IMG/VR virus record: IMGVR_UViG_3300024302_000014
Location: 1-53,048 of that record
Direction: 5' to 3' (one strand)
Length of the DNA: 53,048 bases
Source of the DNA: a virus
Taxonomy: Duplodnaviria; Caudoviricetes
Part shown: one piece after another, positions 19,401-29,400 of the stretch
How the letters are laid out: each line of letters starts with the position of its first letter
Numbering within the stretch: position 1 is the stretch's first letter
Made by a program: the position numbers and the translations under genes
The notes under the pieces: model-generated
What the model was told of the DNA's origin: nothing
Database searches by the model: none
What the model saw: the letters and a program-made list of their open reading frames with translations, nothing else

Positions 19401-22400
19401 CTCCCTTCTTGTATCTCATAGTACCTTAGGTCTAAATCCTTAATAGGCTCCCAGTCCAGTCTAGTACCAGTACTTTTATCTGTGGTTATAGTGAACTTAG
19501 AAGAGTCTGTAGTCCACACGTTGCCGTCTGACACCCATTGGCCTACACAGGCGTTAGATACCCAACTATGGTTTAAATCACCACACCTAGTTTCGTCTGA
19601 AACGATGGCTCCGGTTGCAGGGTCTATAGGACTTTGTGCAGTACACAGGGCCTCACTATTTAGTATAGAAGAGCCATCTAACGTACTACATCTACCTTGG
19701 CCCTCACAATCAGACTGTGTTCTAGCGTACGTTAATCCACTACAATACTTGGTAACGGATGAAGGCGGTTTAGCTAGTCCTAGTACCGTTTTTGATACCT
19801 GCACATACATAGAAACGTTATTAGTTATAATACTCTGAGCTCTTACTTTTACCTCGTAGGTACCTTTAGGAGCGTCTAATACTTCTGTGTTTAAAAATTC
19901 GGTGTCTGGCAAGTCTACCCAAGTACCTTTATTAACACGATACTTTACAGAGTACAAGCGTATATAAGGGTAATCTGTTGGAGCCTGCCATTGAATAATA
20001 ACTTTATTACGTACTTGACCATCTGACCCTACGTACGAAGTCTCGTACACGTCTAGGTCCGCTGGAGGCGGTGTAGCTACTAGAATATTAGGAACATTGC
20101 TAATATTTCTCTCGTCTAGCTCACTAAAGTCTAGTCCCTCTTCTATTATGCGGTACTTATCCTCATGGTACTCCATGGCAAGTACTTCATACTCATTCTT
20201 TTTTGACTCTTTAACCCCGACAGTGCGCCATACCTGCGCGTCTACTACACCTGTCTCTTCTAACAGCCACATATAATCTGCTTTAGGTTCGTTAGTCAAA
20301 GAATGATGGTACTCTATACTATCAGGAGCCGAGGCAAAAGACGTGACATCTACATGCACCTCATGGTCTGCAACTATATTAGTAATAGTGGCGGTCGCTC
20401 CTGTAGTTTTATTAGTTACAGTTCGTCCCAGGTACTTACTAGAAAAAGACATCTTGCTATCGTATATTGAGAAAGGTGTCCCAGGTACTCCTGTACCCCC
20501 CTCAGACGCACTAATTTCGGTATCTAAGTCTATGTCTTCAGTAACTAAACTGTCTATAGTTACAGGGTAATTCTCTACGAATAAATAAGGAGCCCACTGG
20601 CCTCCGTCACTTATACAAACTTCCTTAGCTTCAAGACCTGCTACAGGAGCGGTAGGGTAATAAAGCTCACCTGCGTGCGGGTGAGCCACCCCGGGAGAAG
20701 ACTCCTGAGGCTTTAAACACGCTTTATCTGTGTGTATTACATTTAATGTATAGTTTGCTCCGGGGAGCATCTGTACAGCACTATCTAATATAATATTTGT
20801 TTTGGTGGAGCCCGACTTAATTCGCCCTCCGTATCTATTGCCAGAGCGAGTAGGGTCCTGTACTTTTATTAGGTCTCCCGGACGTAGTACTGCAGCTTCT
20901 AAGCCAGACTTGAAACTTAACGTCTCTGTCTCTAGAGTATCGGTTAGTAGAGTCCAAGTACCTATTCGGTGTGCTTGCCCCCTAGAAGTACACCCAAAAG
21001 ATGTAATGTCTGTCTTACGTATACCGTATCTATCTACTCCTTCCCTGTCCTCAACATACTCTACTTTTCTTCTATAGAAGTCGTCAGGGTCGTTCCAGTT
21101 CACCAAAGCCACGGTCTTTCGTGCCTTCTGTGAAGTACCTGAGTAAGAGAACTCTCCTCCTAATACGTTAGCGGAGGTAAATAATTGAGTAGGCTCTTTT
21201 GGAGAATCTTGTACAGGCACTAATTGCCCATTAGCCCAGTAAGATAGCCCTCTAAATGCGAAGGCTAAATCTTGTATTACTTTTATAGCCTCTTGTTGGT
21301 CCTGTATGTACACGTTACACGCAAACCTAGGCTCCAACAAGGTAGCACCTGCAGCGTCTTTAAATCCGGATTTTACACCTACAAAGTCTCCTGCATCATC
21401 GACTGCGTCGCAGTATCTTGCAATCTGGTATAGGGCCCATTTATCAATTTGCGTACCTCTAATGTACTCCCCGAGTCCGTAACGTTTATTGGTAATTATG
21501 TCATAGTAGATCCACGCAGGGTTGCTGGTCCACATTACATTATTGAAAGTGCCGTCCCAGTGCCCCGAATATAGGTTGTCCCCCGCTGCTAAAGTGTCTG
21601 GATCATATCCGTGGTAGTTTGTAGGAACCTTACACTTTATGCCTCGGATATGGTAAGCTCTCTTAGGTATACTACTGAACTGCCTAGCATTAATTTGAGT
21701 AGCTATCAAAGCAGTATGCGGGTATCTTAATTTGTTATCAATAATACGGGTAAAACTTTCCCAGTAAATAGTATCATTTAAAGCACTATCACTAGCTTCG
21801 TCCGTTAGCCTAAGTATCTTTATAGTAACTTCAGTGCTATAAATCGTCTTATCTAAGTTAATTCTGTGTTGTCTAGTATACTTTGACGTGGTCTTTCCAT
21901 CGAAAGAAGCGGATACAACTTTATGCCAGTTACTATCATTATTATACATAAGGTAGATTTCATAGTCTACCTTTGCACCGTGTATATCGCCATTTTCCTT
22001 ATCTTGAGTCGTCAACTGATTACAAGAGATAGTTACTGCTATAGCATCTAGGTCTCCATTATATATAGTAATAGGAGGAGCGGTTCCCACTCCTTTTTTA
22101 ATTTCAGCTTGCACAGCTTCCTGACCCCTAATACTGCCCGCATCCGGAATCACCTCTTGATCAGTTGTTCCCATAACTGAGTATGTCTTAACATTATCAA
22201 AGTTATAAGTACCGTTAGTATTCATCAGAGGGGTCTCATTATAGAAGATACTCTCATGGCCGGCTACTAGACCTACTATTTCTCCCTCAGAAACTGCGTC
22301 TAAAACCTGGGCGTACTGTACAGAATGGAGAGTATCTGGGTCCTCAACTGCCTGTCGAGGAGACCCTCCGCCTTTTCCTCCACCACCTGAGCCTCTTAAT

Positions 22401-22417
22401 ACGTTATTACTGGCCAT
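16448..22417 (-). CDS. J: Central tail fibre / host specificity protein (lambda gpJ-like) with FN3-like repeats
   Basis: GSGGGGKGGG..AVEDPDTLHS..DAVSEGEI.G N-terminus; TSNPAWIYYD; GCTSRGQAHRIG; about 7 repeats ending in RAIDSAGN-like motifs. Confidence 0.9.
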   Translation of the reverse strand: MASNNVLRGSGGGGKGGGSPRQAVEDPDTLHSVQYAQVLDAVSEGEIVGLVAGHESIFYNETPLMNTNGTYNFDNVKTYSVMGTTDQEVIPDAGSIRGQEAVQAEIKKGVGTAPPITIYNGDLDAIAVTISCNQLTTQDKENGDIHGAKVDYEIYLMYNNDSNWHKVVSASFDGKTTSKYTRQHRINLDKTIYSTEVTIKILRLTDEASDSALNDTIYWESFTRIIDNKLRYPHTALIATQINARQFSSIPKRAYHIRGIKCKVPTNYHGYDPDTLAAGDNLYSGHWDGTFNNVMWTSNPAWIYYDIITNKRYGLGEYIRGTQIDKWALYQIARYCDAVDDAGDFVGVKSGFKDAAGATLLEPRFACNVYIQDQQEAIKVIQDLAFAFRGLSYWANGQLVPVQDSPKEPTQLFTSANVLGGEFSYSGTSQKARKTVALVNWNDPDDFYRRKVEYVEDREGVDRYGIRKTDITSFGCTSRGQAHRIGTWTLLTDTLETETLSFKSGLEAAVLRPGDLIKVQDPTRSGNRYGGRIKSGSTKTNIILDSAVQMLPGANYTLNVIHTDKACLKPQESSPGVAHPHAGELYYPTAPVAGLEAKEVCISDGGQWAPYLFVENYPVTIDSLVTEDIDLDTEISASEGGTGVPGTPFSIYDSKMSFSSKYLGRTVTNKTTGATATITNIVADHEVHVDVTSFASAPDSIEYHHSLTNEPKADYMWLLEETGVVDAQVWRTVGVKESKKNEYEVLAMEYHEDKYRIIEEGLDFSELDERNISNVPNILVATPPPADLDVYETSYVGSDGQVRNKVIIQWQAPTDYPYIRLYSVKYRVNKGTWVDLPDTEFLNTEVLDAPKGTYEVKVRAQSIITNNVSMYVQVSKTVLGLAKPPSSVTKYCSGLTYARTQSDCEGQGRCSTLDGSSILNSEALCTAQSPIDPATGAIVSDETRCGDLNHSWVSNACVGQWVSDGNVWTTDSSKFTITTDKSTGTRLDWEPIKDLDLRYYEIQEGSTWGDASNTVLLKENSLSFGAEGGWYLKAGTHNFLLRAKDTSGVYSTYDAEASIEVTVPDPATSLTYSFVGTNVVISWVPGVNSFYKINEYDIRYGDTWSSNYAARIHNLGAPSISINVGWGGTRKYWVAPEDMAENYGAPASIDILVESPDWSTNPVVHTLDSTGAAVLSWVSPTIGSLPISNYEIRQGGLTGDSATLVGLIKTTTHSENVTWGPSSGEPSRDFWVRAIDSAGNLSPWQKHSVEIRNPVDIKDLAYTLVGPDQVTNWRVQTAGEADYDNNVDYLLPVKFWEIKKGDTYGSATILSPRKSSTRYSEKVTWGGGQFRRYWVTSIDSAGNKGTNHSIDITINNPAIPYGVTYSISGGNTTIKWSAPSADLDIVEYELRSGATWAKRLDNTANSAITRALTLDHTLRVDWRPYDPANNIDDTRFFVRAIDSAGNYSEEPVHSVQAEGTGWVLAEVERLGQVQSLSNSFIGIMTLLSWTAPVHAGDSAGGYLPVDLYEIRDSTGAVLKTTYSTSYSTPVTWHSGSPVTFTIVAKDSAGNYGVATDIAVDVPVPDAPATLNIKVVDNNVLLRWPSASNVAKLDINSYEVKRCPDGSPSCSSSTEAEWGVLEPVSTTAGLFISHMETIGGTFKYWIRSVDSAGNMSPALSTVAIVSEPPDFILIENRNSTLDEDNPASYPTEVTTIETTSIHKGATSAFLPVNTVETWREHFVNNSFTSPQSQVSAGYPFYLEPGTSSASFWQKWDFGVTLDPSSIQAAMNTRVLHGAVTPSTTLYYSNTDPDAGVLTNETGWTKVVGTSTMALHTFRYVKAHTVFNTDGGNNDLMALDEFKLKLSLKMVTDSGSETVDTNSGLCNVYGSGEDGAPFYYTDGAGISRQPDNNEVVCNTQGGEWHSTKEGMKVFRVFFLKDFKDINYLNTAYTTELDGSVVPSRFTIHDFEDVPTPSFFYVYILDKSDYGTLTGAIKSFEGKLTWNARGVQ

Positions 22418-23051
22418 CTGTTTCCTCCGTAGTTACTCCGGCGCTAATAAGAGCGCCACCAACTATTAATTCTCCGTAACACAAAGGTATTGGTAGTCCT
22501 TGTGCAGAAGTATTTACTGGGCCATTAAAGTTGTAAGACTGCCCGTTGTTTACCTCACTAGTCTGAGGCTTGTTTGGCTTAGGGGCCAGCATCTGCGCTA
22601 TCCCTGACATCATTAAACTCATTCCCGCTTGAAGAGCAAAAGATGACAAAGATACCGCAGTACTTGCCCCAACACCAAAGGTACCCATGCCGACTGCCCA
22701 GGTACTAGCAAATGTTGAGCCAGTGCCCACGCCAGTAGCTAGCCCTGCCAAATAAGGTGCAAATACAATAAGAGCCCCTAGTAGTATCATGCCTACTCCA
22801 GAACTCTTAGAGCCGCTAATAATAGGTATAAACTTTAGGTCTCTCGAACCTAGAGGGTCCATTAAGTGCTGCTGCCCTAAGTATTCTTCTGCAGAGGTAA
22901 CGTGGTACTCTCTGTCCATAATGTACTCGTAAAACCCCGGCATATTGGCCTCTATAGCCTTTGCTGCTTCGTGGGGGTTTGACACGTCTAACGTCCACTC
23001 CCTCCCGAACTTCTCTCCTAAGTCCCCGTATAATGTTACTTTTCTTAACAT
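22407..23051 (-). CDS. I: Tail assembly protein I (lambda gpI-like)
   Basis: LRKVTLYGDLGEKFGRE; C-terminal SYNFNGPVNTSAQGLPIPLCYGELIVG. Confidence 0.9.
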   Translation of the reverse strand: MLRKVTLYGDLGEKFGREWTLDVSNPHEAAKAIEANMPGFYEYIMDREYHVTSAEEYLGQQHLMDPLGSRDLKFIPIISGSKSSGVGMILLGALIVFAPYLAGLATGVGTGSTFASTWAVGMGTFGVGASTAVSLSSFALQAGMSLMMSGIAQMLAPKPNKPQTSEVNNGQSYNFNGPVNTSAQGLPIPLCYGELIVGGALISAGVTTEETDGQ

Positions 23052-23773
23052 AATGATTTGTGCCTTAATACATGTGTGGTGTTCTTTTGGTATGCCTCTC
23101 CATATATATCTTTTGTAGAGAGCCTCCCCATTAAATGGTGTAGTATCATATTATTACCTAAGTAGATAGCTAAGTGGTTAGAAACATTAGATAGTACCTT
23201 CATTAATATTACATCATGTTTCTCAATCTTTGTGTGGTCTTTAACCTCTATAAAATCCCCCTCAGTCCAGCTATCCCAGTTGTCTGCATAGTAGTCTTTG
23301 CCTGTTGCCCACCAATCGTACTCAGAAGGGAACATCTTGTACTTAACACCGAATTCTTGCTCATAGTAATCTATGAATAAGGTTTGGCAATCTAACACCC
23401 CGTAAGCAAATACTCGCCCTGTTAAAGGGGCAGAGTAGGCTTCCGGGAGTAACTTCGACCACTCTTTTGCGGGCCAAGAGATTATGTGCCAAGGGAGTCC
23501 TGACCTACTGCAGGAAACCTTGTCTGCCTCACTAGGGGTGGAGGACGCATTTGGGTGGCTATGTATAACAGCCAGTATTTCTCCTAAGTCTTCAGCTTTT
23601 GCGTAATCATAAGGGTCTAGTACAAAGTCCTGCTCCTCATGGCCTTCTGCTATATTTTTACACTTAAAGTACTTTTGCTTACCCTTAATATTTAGCAGCA
23701 GACCACAACACTCTTGGGGAAACGCGTACTCAGCATGCTCTTCTATAGCCTCTTTGGTTTTATCTGATATCAT
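23045..23773 (-). CDS. K: Tail assembly protein K (JAB/MPN plus NlpC/P60)
   Basis: PQECCGL, HSHP..S.AD JAB motif; GVLDC and HLAIYLG..ILHH NlpC/P60 motif. Confidence 0.9.
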   Translation of the reverse strand: MISDKTKEAIEEHAEYAFPQECCGLLLNIKGKQKYFKCKNIAEGHEEQDFVLDPYDYAKAEDLGEILAVIHSHPNASSTPSEADKVSCSRSGLPWHIISWPAKEWSKLLPEAYSAPLTGRVFAYGVLDCQTLFIDYYEQEFGVKYKMFPSEYDWWATGKDYYADNWDSWTEGDFIEVKDHTKIEKHDVILMKVLSNVSNHLAIYLGNNMILHHLMGRLSTKDIYGEAYQKNTTHVLRHKSLC

Positions 23774-26073
23774 CTTCGTAGTCCCAGCCCTACTCCAGGG
23801 AAGCCCCCGTAAGGTAGTATAGCCTTGTTTAAGTTCCAGCAGCTTCCTGTGGAACTATTCCAGTAGTGGTTTTCAAGCACACAAGCTGCTTCAGTTGTTG
23901 CTGAAACATAAGGTTCTGCAAACCTCAGCTCACAGCTTGTAAGCTTCTTAGCGCAGTAGTCCTTTGTTGCATCAGAAGTAGGCTCATCATCTTTAGTATA
24001 GTACTGGGTGCCCGTGTAACCACACTCTCCTCCTCTATACTTCCATAAGCAAGTATTCTGTATAATCTCTCTTTTAGGTAGTTTAATTCCTTCCACGTCC
24101 CAAGCAGGGGCTAACTCGAATTCTATTAGTATCTTATTTTCTGCCACCTTGCGGTCTATAAAGTATATATCATCTTCGAAAAACGCCTCAGGGTCTGAAG
24201 TATTGATAACTAGATTATTATAGTACGTTAAAGTGTGCCCGTCTGTGCCCGAGATACTACGAGTACGTAAGTCACCTCTAGCCCAGGTCTGACTTACTTG
24301 GAAGTTATCAACTAGTATTTCATCATTAGATCCTCCCGCGCCTCCAGATGCAAATATCTTGAAACGGGTTCTAGAAGCTCTGCTCCTATCTGCCAAATAT
24401 AAGGTTGTACTAAAATTTAAGAATCCGGAAGACGTAGGTGAAGTGTATATGTACCCCGGCATAGTATACCCTGCTGCTACGTACAAATCAGACACTAAAG
24501 CATACGATGCCTCTGTAGTCCAGGTGCCGTCTCCATTATCTGTCTCTACAACTAACTTCTGAGTACTGCCTGTAACTATTCTGTAATCGAACTCTATGCT
24601 ATACTCTCTATTAGCAAAAGTGTTAACGTCAATAAAGGCCCAATCTAATATGCCCGAGGCTTCCACTCTTAAACACGTATCGTGGGAGGTGCTGCTTGAG
24701 TCGTATACTGAGGTGAGTGTTGTACCGGCACTCCCGTACCATGAAGTGGTTGCACCTGTAAAGTTGCTATTAACCCCCTCGACTAGCTTCAACTCTTCCG
24801 AGCCTTCATACATATATTCTAGTACTATATTATGGGCATGAGCAGTAGGACGAGGGAGTAATACAAGAACAGCATCCAAACGGTATCCTGCTCCCCCACT
24901 TATAGTAGTATAACTTTTCAAAGCCCCTTCAGGGGTTAGTTCTATGGAGTTAAATGACGCAGGTACTAAACTACTAGGGTAGTACGCGTAGTGAGGGACT
25001 TCTCCCGCCATAGGGGTATGATTAGTAGTAAATAATATAGTAAATAGTTTGGTAACGTTACTCCACTGCACGGATACATTATGAGAATGGCCCACAGAAC
25101 TACTAGTTACGGCGGATATAGTTAGCCCAGGGGTTTCTAATAAGGAGTATAGCTCTTCGTCTGTAAGTAGTACCTCGTGTGCGTGAGGGACGGAGGCGGG
25201 CCCTACTACTGCTACCCCGTCTGATAGCAAAGGAGGCTGTGCAACCTCTAAATAGACTCCGTCAGCATAATTATACCCCATACCTTGGGTAGCTTCTGCA
25301 TTACTAATTTCAAGTATAGACCCCGTACCATCAGTCTGAAGAATAGGCTGGGACACTAAAGAGATGCTGTTAGTACTTGCGGTTGTGGTAATTTGGGCAC
25401 CATCGCCTAAAGCACATACTTCAGCATTAGTAAGGGTTACTTTATGCGAGTGGTTATGTGTAGCCTCTGGCTCAAGTCTTAACCCCTCAGGGGCGGCTAT
25501 CTCTTTCCACTCAGTATTATGGTTTACATACCAAGTACCCCCAGCAGCCGCACACGTAGCACAGTCGTACTCCCCCCAGCTATTCCCAAAGCTAAGGCAG
25601 TCAGACTTGCTATCTTGGTAGGCTGTATCAGTACAAGTCCCTGCCACTACAGTATTATCCGCTAGTTTACAGAAGTTATCTAAGAACCTGCCATAGGTTC
25701 TTTTTCTGTTGACCTGTACACCCACTAAATCATTATAATCTCTAGTTAGCCCCGATATCACCCCTCTAGCATCTCCAGACGCCGTAGTGGTGATATTGGC
25801 TAAACTCATACTTGGTCTAGGTATTTGTTTAGACCCTGTGGCCTCAAAACCCTTAACCTCTATCGGATAAGGGTAGTATACGTCTCCTTGCCATATGATT
25901 TCTCTGTCGATATTATTTGTACCAGCGTGAAATCGCAGTATATCTGTATTCCCTATAGAAGGTACAGAGCCTACATCCACAGTAAATAGCTCAATTAAAG
26001 CATCCGTATTAAGGGACGACGATATTTGAGATATAGTGGACCTCTCCGCGATTTGTACTAAGGATTTACTCAT
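23770..26073 (-). CDS. L: Minor tail protein L (lambda gpL-like) with large internal insertion
   Basis: LIELF..RFHAGTN..IIWQG..Y.PYPIEVKGF N-half; CLWKYRGGECGY..CAKKLTSCELRF..PYGGFPG C-terminal Fe-S cysteines; 767 aa versus 232 aa for lambda gpL. Confidence 0.85.
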   Translation of the reverse strand: MSKSLVQIAERSTISQISSSLNTDALIELFTVDVGSVPSIGNTDILRFHAGTNNIDREIIWQGDVYYPYPIEVKGFEATGSKQIPRPSMSLANITTTASGDARGVISGLTRDYNDLVGVQVNRKRTYGRFLDNFCKLADNTVVAGTCTDTAYQDSKSDCLSFGNSWGEYDCATCAAAGGTWYVNHNTEWKEIAAPEGLRLEPEATHNHSHKVTLTNAEVCALGDGAQITTTASTNSISLVSQPILQTDGTGSILEISNAEATQGMGYNYADGVYLEVAQPPLLSDGVAVVGPASVPHAHEVLLTDEELYSLLETPGLTISAVTSSSVGHSHNVSVQWSNVTKLFTILFTTNHTPMAGEVPHYAYYPSSLVPASFNSIELTPEGALKSYTTISGGAGYRLDAVLVLLPRPTAHAHNIVLEYMYEGSEELKLVEGVNSNFTGATTSWYGSAGTTLTSVYDSSSTSHDTCLRVEASGILDWAFIDVNTFANREYSIEFDYRIVTGSTQKLVVETDNGDGTWTTEASYALVSDLYVAAGYTMPGYIYTSPTSSGFLNFSTTLYLADRSRASRTRFKIFASGGAGGSNDEILVDNFQVSQTWARGDLRTRSISGTDGHTLTYYNNLVINTSDPEAFFEDDIYFIDRKVAENKILIEFELAPAWDVEGIKLPKREIIQNTCLWKYRGGECGYTGTQYYTKDDEPTSDATKDYCAKKLTSCELRFAEPYVSATTEAACVLENHYWNSSTGSCWNLNKAILPYGGFPGVGLGLRR

Positions 26074-26423
26074 AGATCATGTACTCTAGTGAACTTGGCT
26101 TGCACAGTTAGTACACCTAGCTGAGGGTACGACACGCTCCAGTTATTTACAATTACTTTAATAGCTTCTGTACCATAAGGGGGTGTCCATGTAATGGCTT
26201 GGATACCTCCAGTACTGTCAAAGAAATTAGTTAATTTCTCTCCATCTGCTTGTTTGCGGTTTTTCCACGTTAAGTCCCAGGTTTCTGTTATAGTATTAAT
26301 ACCGTCACGAGACCTTTGCATATACCCATCCCCAAATTGGGCGGCCAAAATACGGGGCTTCATGTCCTGCTTTAGTGCCTTATCTGGGTTAAACCCTACT
26401 GTTACATCATAATTATATGCCAT
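26070..26423 (-). CDS. M: Minor tail protein M (lambda gpM-like distal tail protein)
   Basis: AQFGDGYMQRSRDGIN...WTPP motif; sits between the tape measure and L. Confidence 0.9.
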   Translation of the reverse strand: MAYNYDVTVGFNPDKALKQDMKPRILAAQFGDGYMQRSRDGINTITETWDLTWKNRKQADGEKLTNFFDSTGGIQAITWTPPYGTEAIKVIVNNWSVSYPQLGVLTVQAKFTRVHDL

Positions 26424-26426
26424 ATC

Positions 26427-29400
26427 TTAAATTTCCGAAAGTATTCCACCAGGTCTCTTTTCTTCCATAAGAACCTGTTGTACTTGTCCTGCAATCATAT
26501 CGCCTAAAGCTTCTATGTCGCCCCCGTTATCCTTACTGGAAGAAGACTCAGCCTTCGCAGTACCTTGTTCCATATTGATGGTGACAGCTACATTATTGTA
26601 CACTTCCCCACCTGAACCCCCTGGAGGGGTATTCTGTATAACTGGAATAGACTTACCGTCTGGTAAAGGTACAATTGCTTCATTGTGCTTACCTTCCCCT
26701 ACTAAACCTAAAGTAGGTTTATTTACTAAACCTCCATTAGCGAAAGCTTTGAAGCCTCCAGCAGCAACTCCGCCATTTGCGAACATTGCCCCTACTAACA
26801 GGTCTACTCCGGTATCTACCGCTTTACTCATCAATACATTACCAATGCTAAAAGCGATGCTGGATAGCATTGTCTTCCACTCAAACTTACCAGTTCTAAG
26901 AGCTTCGCCCAATGCCATTTTCATGCTACCAGCTGCAATACTATTTATCTGGGTCATCTCAATACCAAATTGATGAGTAAGTTTGCCAAAGTCTGAGTTA
27001 TTCATCTTCCAGTCTCTAGCTCTTTTATCTCCTGCTGCTTCGTTGTCTTTTGCTTGTCTATTTAAAAAGTCAGTACCTGCAGCAGAATTATCTGCCGCAT
27101 ACTTTTCCGCATCCTCTTTACTAAAGCCATTTCTTGAGGCGTCTCCTAGAAGCTCCGCTCTGCTAGTAGCTTGAGCTTCTATACTAGTAAGTATACTGTT
27201 TAAGGTTCTATAGCTATCAGCACTTATAGTAAGTTTCTCAGCCTCTGATATCTTACCATCCTCTCCTATACCTATTAAGAGTTTAGTGGTAGCTGCGTCT
27301 TCGCTTAGGTATCTTACCTGAGCCTCTGCTGCCGTATACAAGTCTTTAAATATAGCAGCTTTATCCGGAGATATATAAGCTTCTGGGTCTCCTCCCGCAT
27401 ATTCAACTAACCCCGTGGAAGGGTTGCGAGTAGCTGAACCGCCTAAAGCTCTTAATAAAGCTTTTTCACTTTTATTAACATGAGCTAACTCAGTGTCGCC
27501 GTTGCGTCCTCTAGAAGCAAGTCCGCCATTTGCGAACCCGAACATTCCTTTAGTCTTAGAATACCCATTTTCTGCTTCTTCCGTCCAGTACTTATCAGCG
27601 TCTGGGCTAAGTAGTCTACCTAACTCGAAACCACCCCAACCTGCAAGTCCTACAAGTCCTACAGTGCCTCCCATGGTAGGCTTAGCGCCCATGAATGACC
27701 CTTGTAATCCGAAAGGCATTTTTCCAGCCTTCCACCATGCACCAGTACTTCCTTTAGAACCGAAGGCGCTTTCAAACATTCCGTTTGGTAACCACCCTTT
27801 ACCCATTCCTTTAGAGTTCATTAAAAATTCTGCGAATTTAGCCGCAGAAGCTCCAAGACCAAAGTTAGTCCAGTAATCCTGGTTAGCCTTGTTAGCGTCT
27901 TTATCAATTCCCCACGTATTTTTGTAATTCTCATTAGCAGCTTTACCACCGTTAGAGAACTTCTTCATAGTTATAGGGTTAATACCTTTAGTAGGTACAG
28001 AATCCATAACACTTTGCTGTTCTTCGTTAGACTCCATGTACCAGTCAATTAACTCTGCTATAGAGAGTCCGATACCTGCAGGACCTAGGCCCCACTTTAG
28101 GAATGACTTACCGAATCTAGCTGCATTAGCTCGCATAGAAGGTCCGCTGCTTCTAGGGATACCTGCCCCTTTGAAAGGTAGCTGTCCTTGAGGGAACAAG
28201 TCTAGTTGACCTGTACCTCTATTAACATTAGCTAAATCTTTTACAAACTGTTTCTTCCACTTATCAGAGTATACATTCTTAGAGTCTACACCCGGTAACC
28301 CTGGTTGATGGCCTGCGCCTTTCAACCACTTCTGGTCAAAACCTTGGTTACTCTTAAACAACGAAGACTGTGTAGCTTTAGGCTTCCCGAAGGCACCTCT
28401 AGCTTCTTGTTCCCCTATAGTCTCAAGTACATTAACACCGTGCAACGCAGCCATAGACTTCCAACTATTAAGAGCCTGAGTCCCCCCGTTCACACGCTTA
28501 TTAATACCGTATCCTTTCTTATCTGCAAACTTACTTCCAGTACTTGTTTCTAATGGGTCGATTTGACTAATGTTTGGGTTGGTATTCAGTAGCTTGTTTA
28601 GTAACTGTAGAGAGTTTGGACCCCCTTTAGGGGCGTTCATACTTATAGAAGTTACTTTAGTACCTGTCTTATCTAATGTGTAGGTTAAAGAACCTTTAAC
28701 CCCATTCTTAGTGCCGGAGACTTCCCCTGCTCTCCACTTATCTGCAGGGTAATGTTGCATAGTTACACCTTTACTAAATCTACCGTCGAAGATAGCCTTA
28801 GCGGAGCGCATATTATACTTACCAGTAGGGCCGCCTTCTGAAAATCTAGGTACTCTATCTTCGTTAATTGCTTCGATTAGCCCTTGATGCTTCTTGGTCG
28901 CGGCTGCATTAATTACATACTCACCATTAGACAACCAAGCCGGAATCTTATCTTCTTTAGGACCGCCTGGTCCAGCGATGTGTCCACCTGCAGCAAAGGT
29001 ATTAGGCACTTTATTTGCCTTATCACCTAAGGTAGAGGTTACCCCCGCGCCTGTTGTAAGTTCTTTAAACTTATTGGAAAGTGCTAGTACCTCCATCCCC
29101 AGTGTTTTAAAAGGGTTTGCCAAGTCTGCAATAGCCGTAATGGTATTAGTTATACTACCGGAAACCTGTGGAGATAACCTGTGGTCTATAGAAGCCAATA
29201 AAGAAGCTGTAGTTACCAAACTCTTGGCACTTTCTTTTGCTCTATATAACTGCTCTGCAGCTATAGCTTCCGCCTTAGCTAGTTTATCCTTCTCGAAGTC
29301 GGATAACATAGCCTGCTTAATCTCTGAAGCACCTTGATCAATGAGCTGGTCTCCCAGTCCTCTCCAAGTGTCGTTCCAAAACTCGTTGTACCCGTCTTCC

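Noticed and set aside
23770-26073. gpL insertion as an intein or intron
   Set aside because: No intein terminal residues (C/S...HN) or homing endonuclease motifs seen; the frame is continuous
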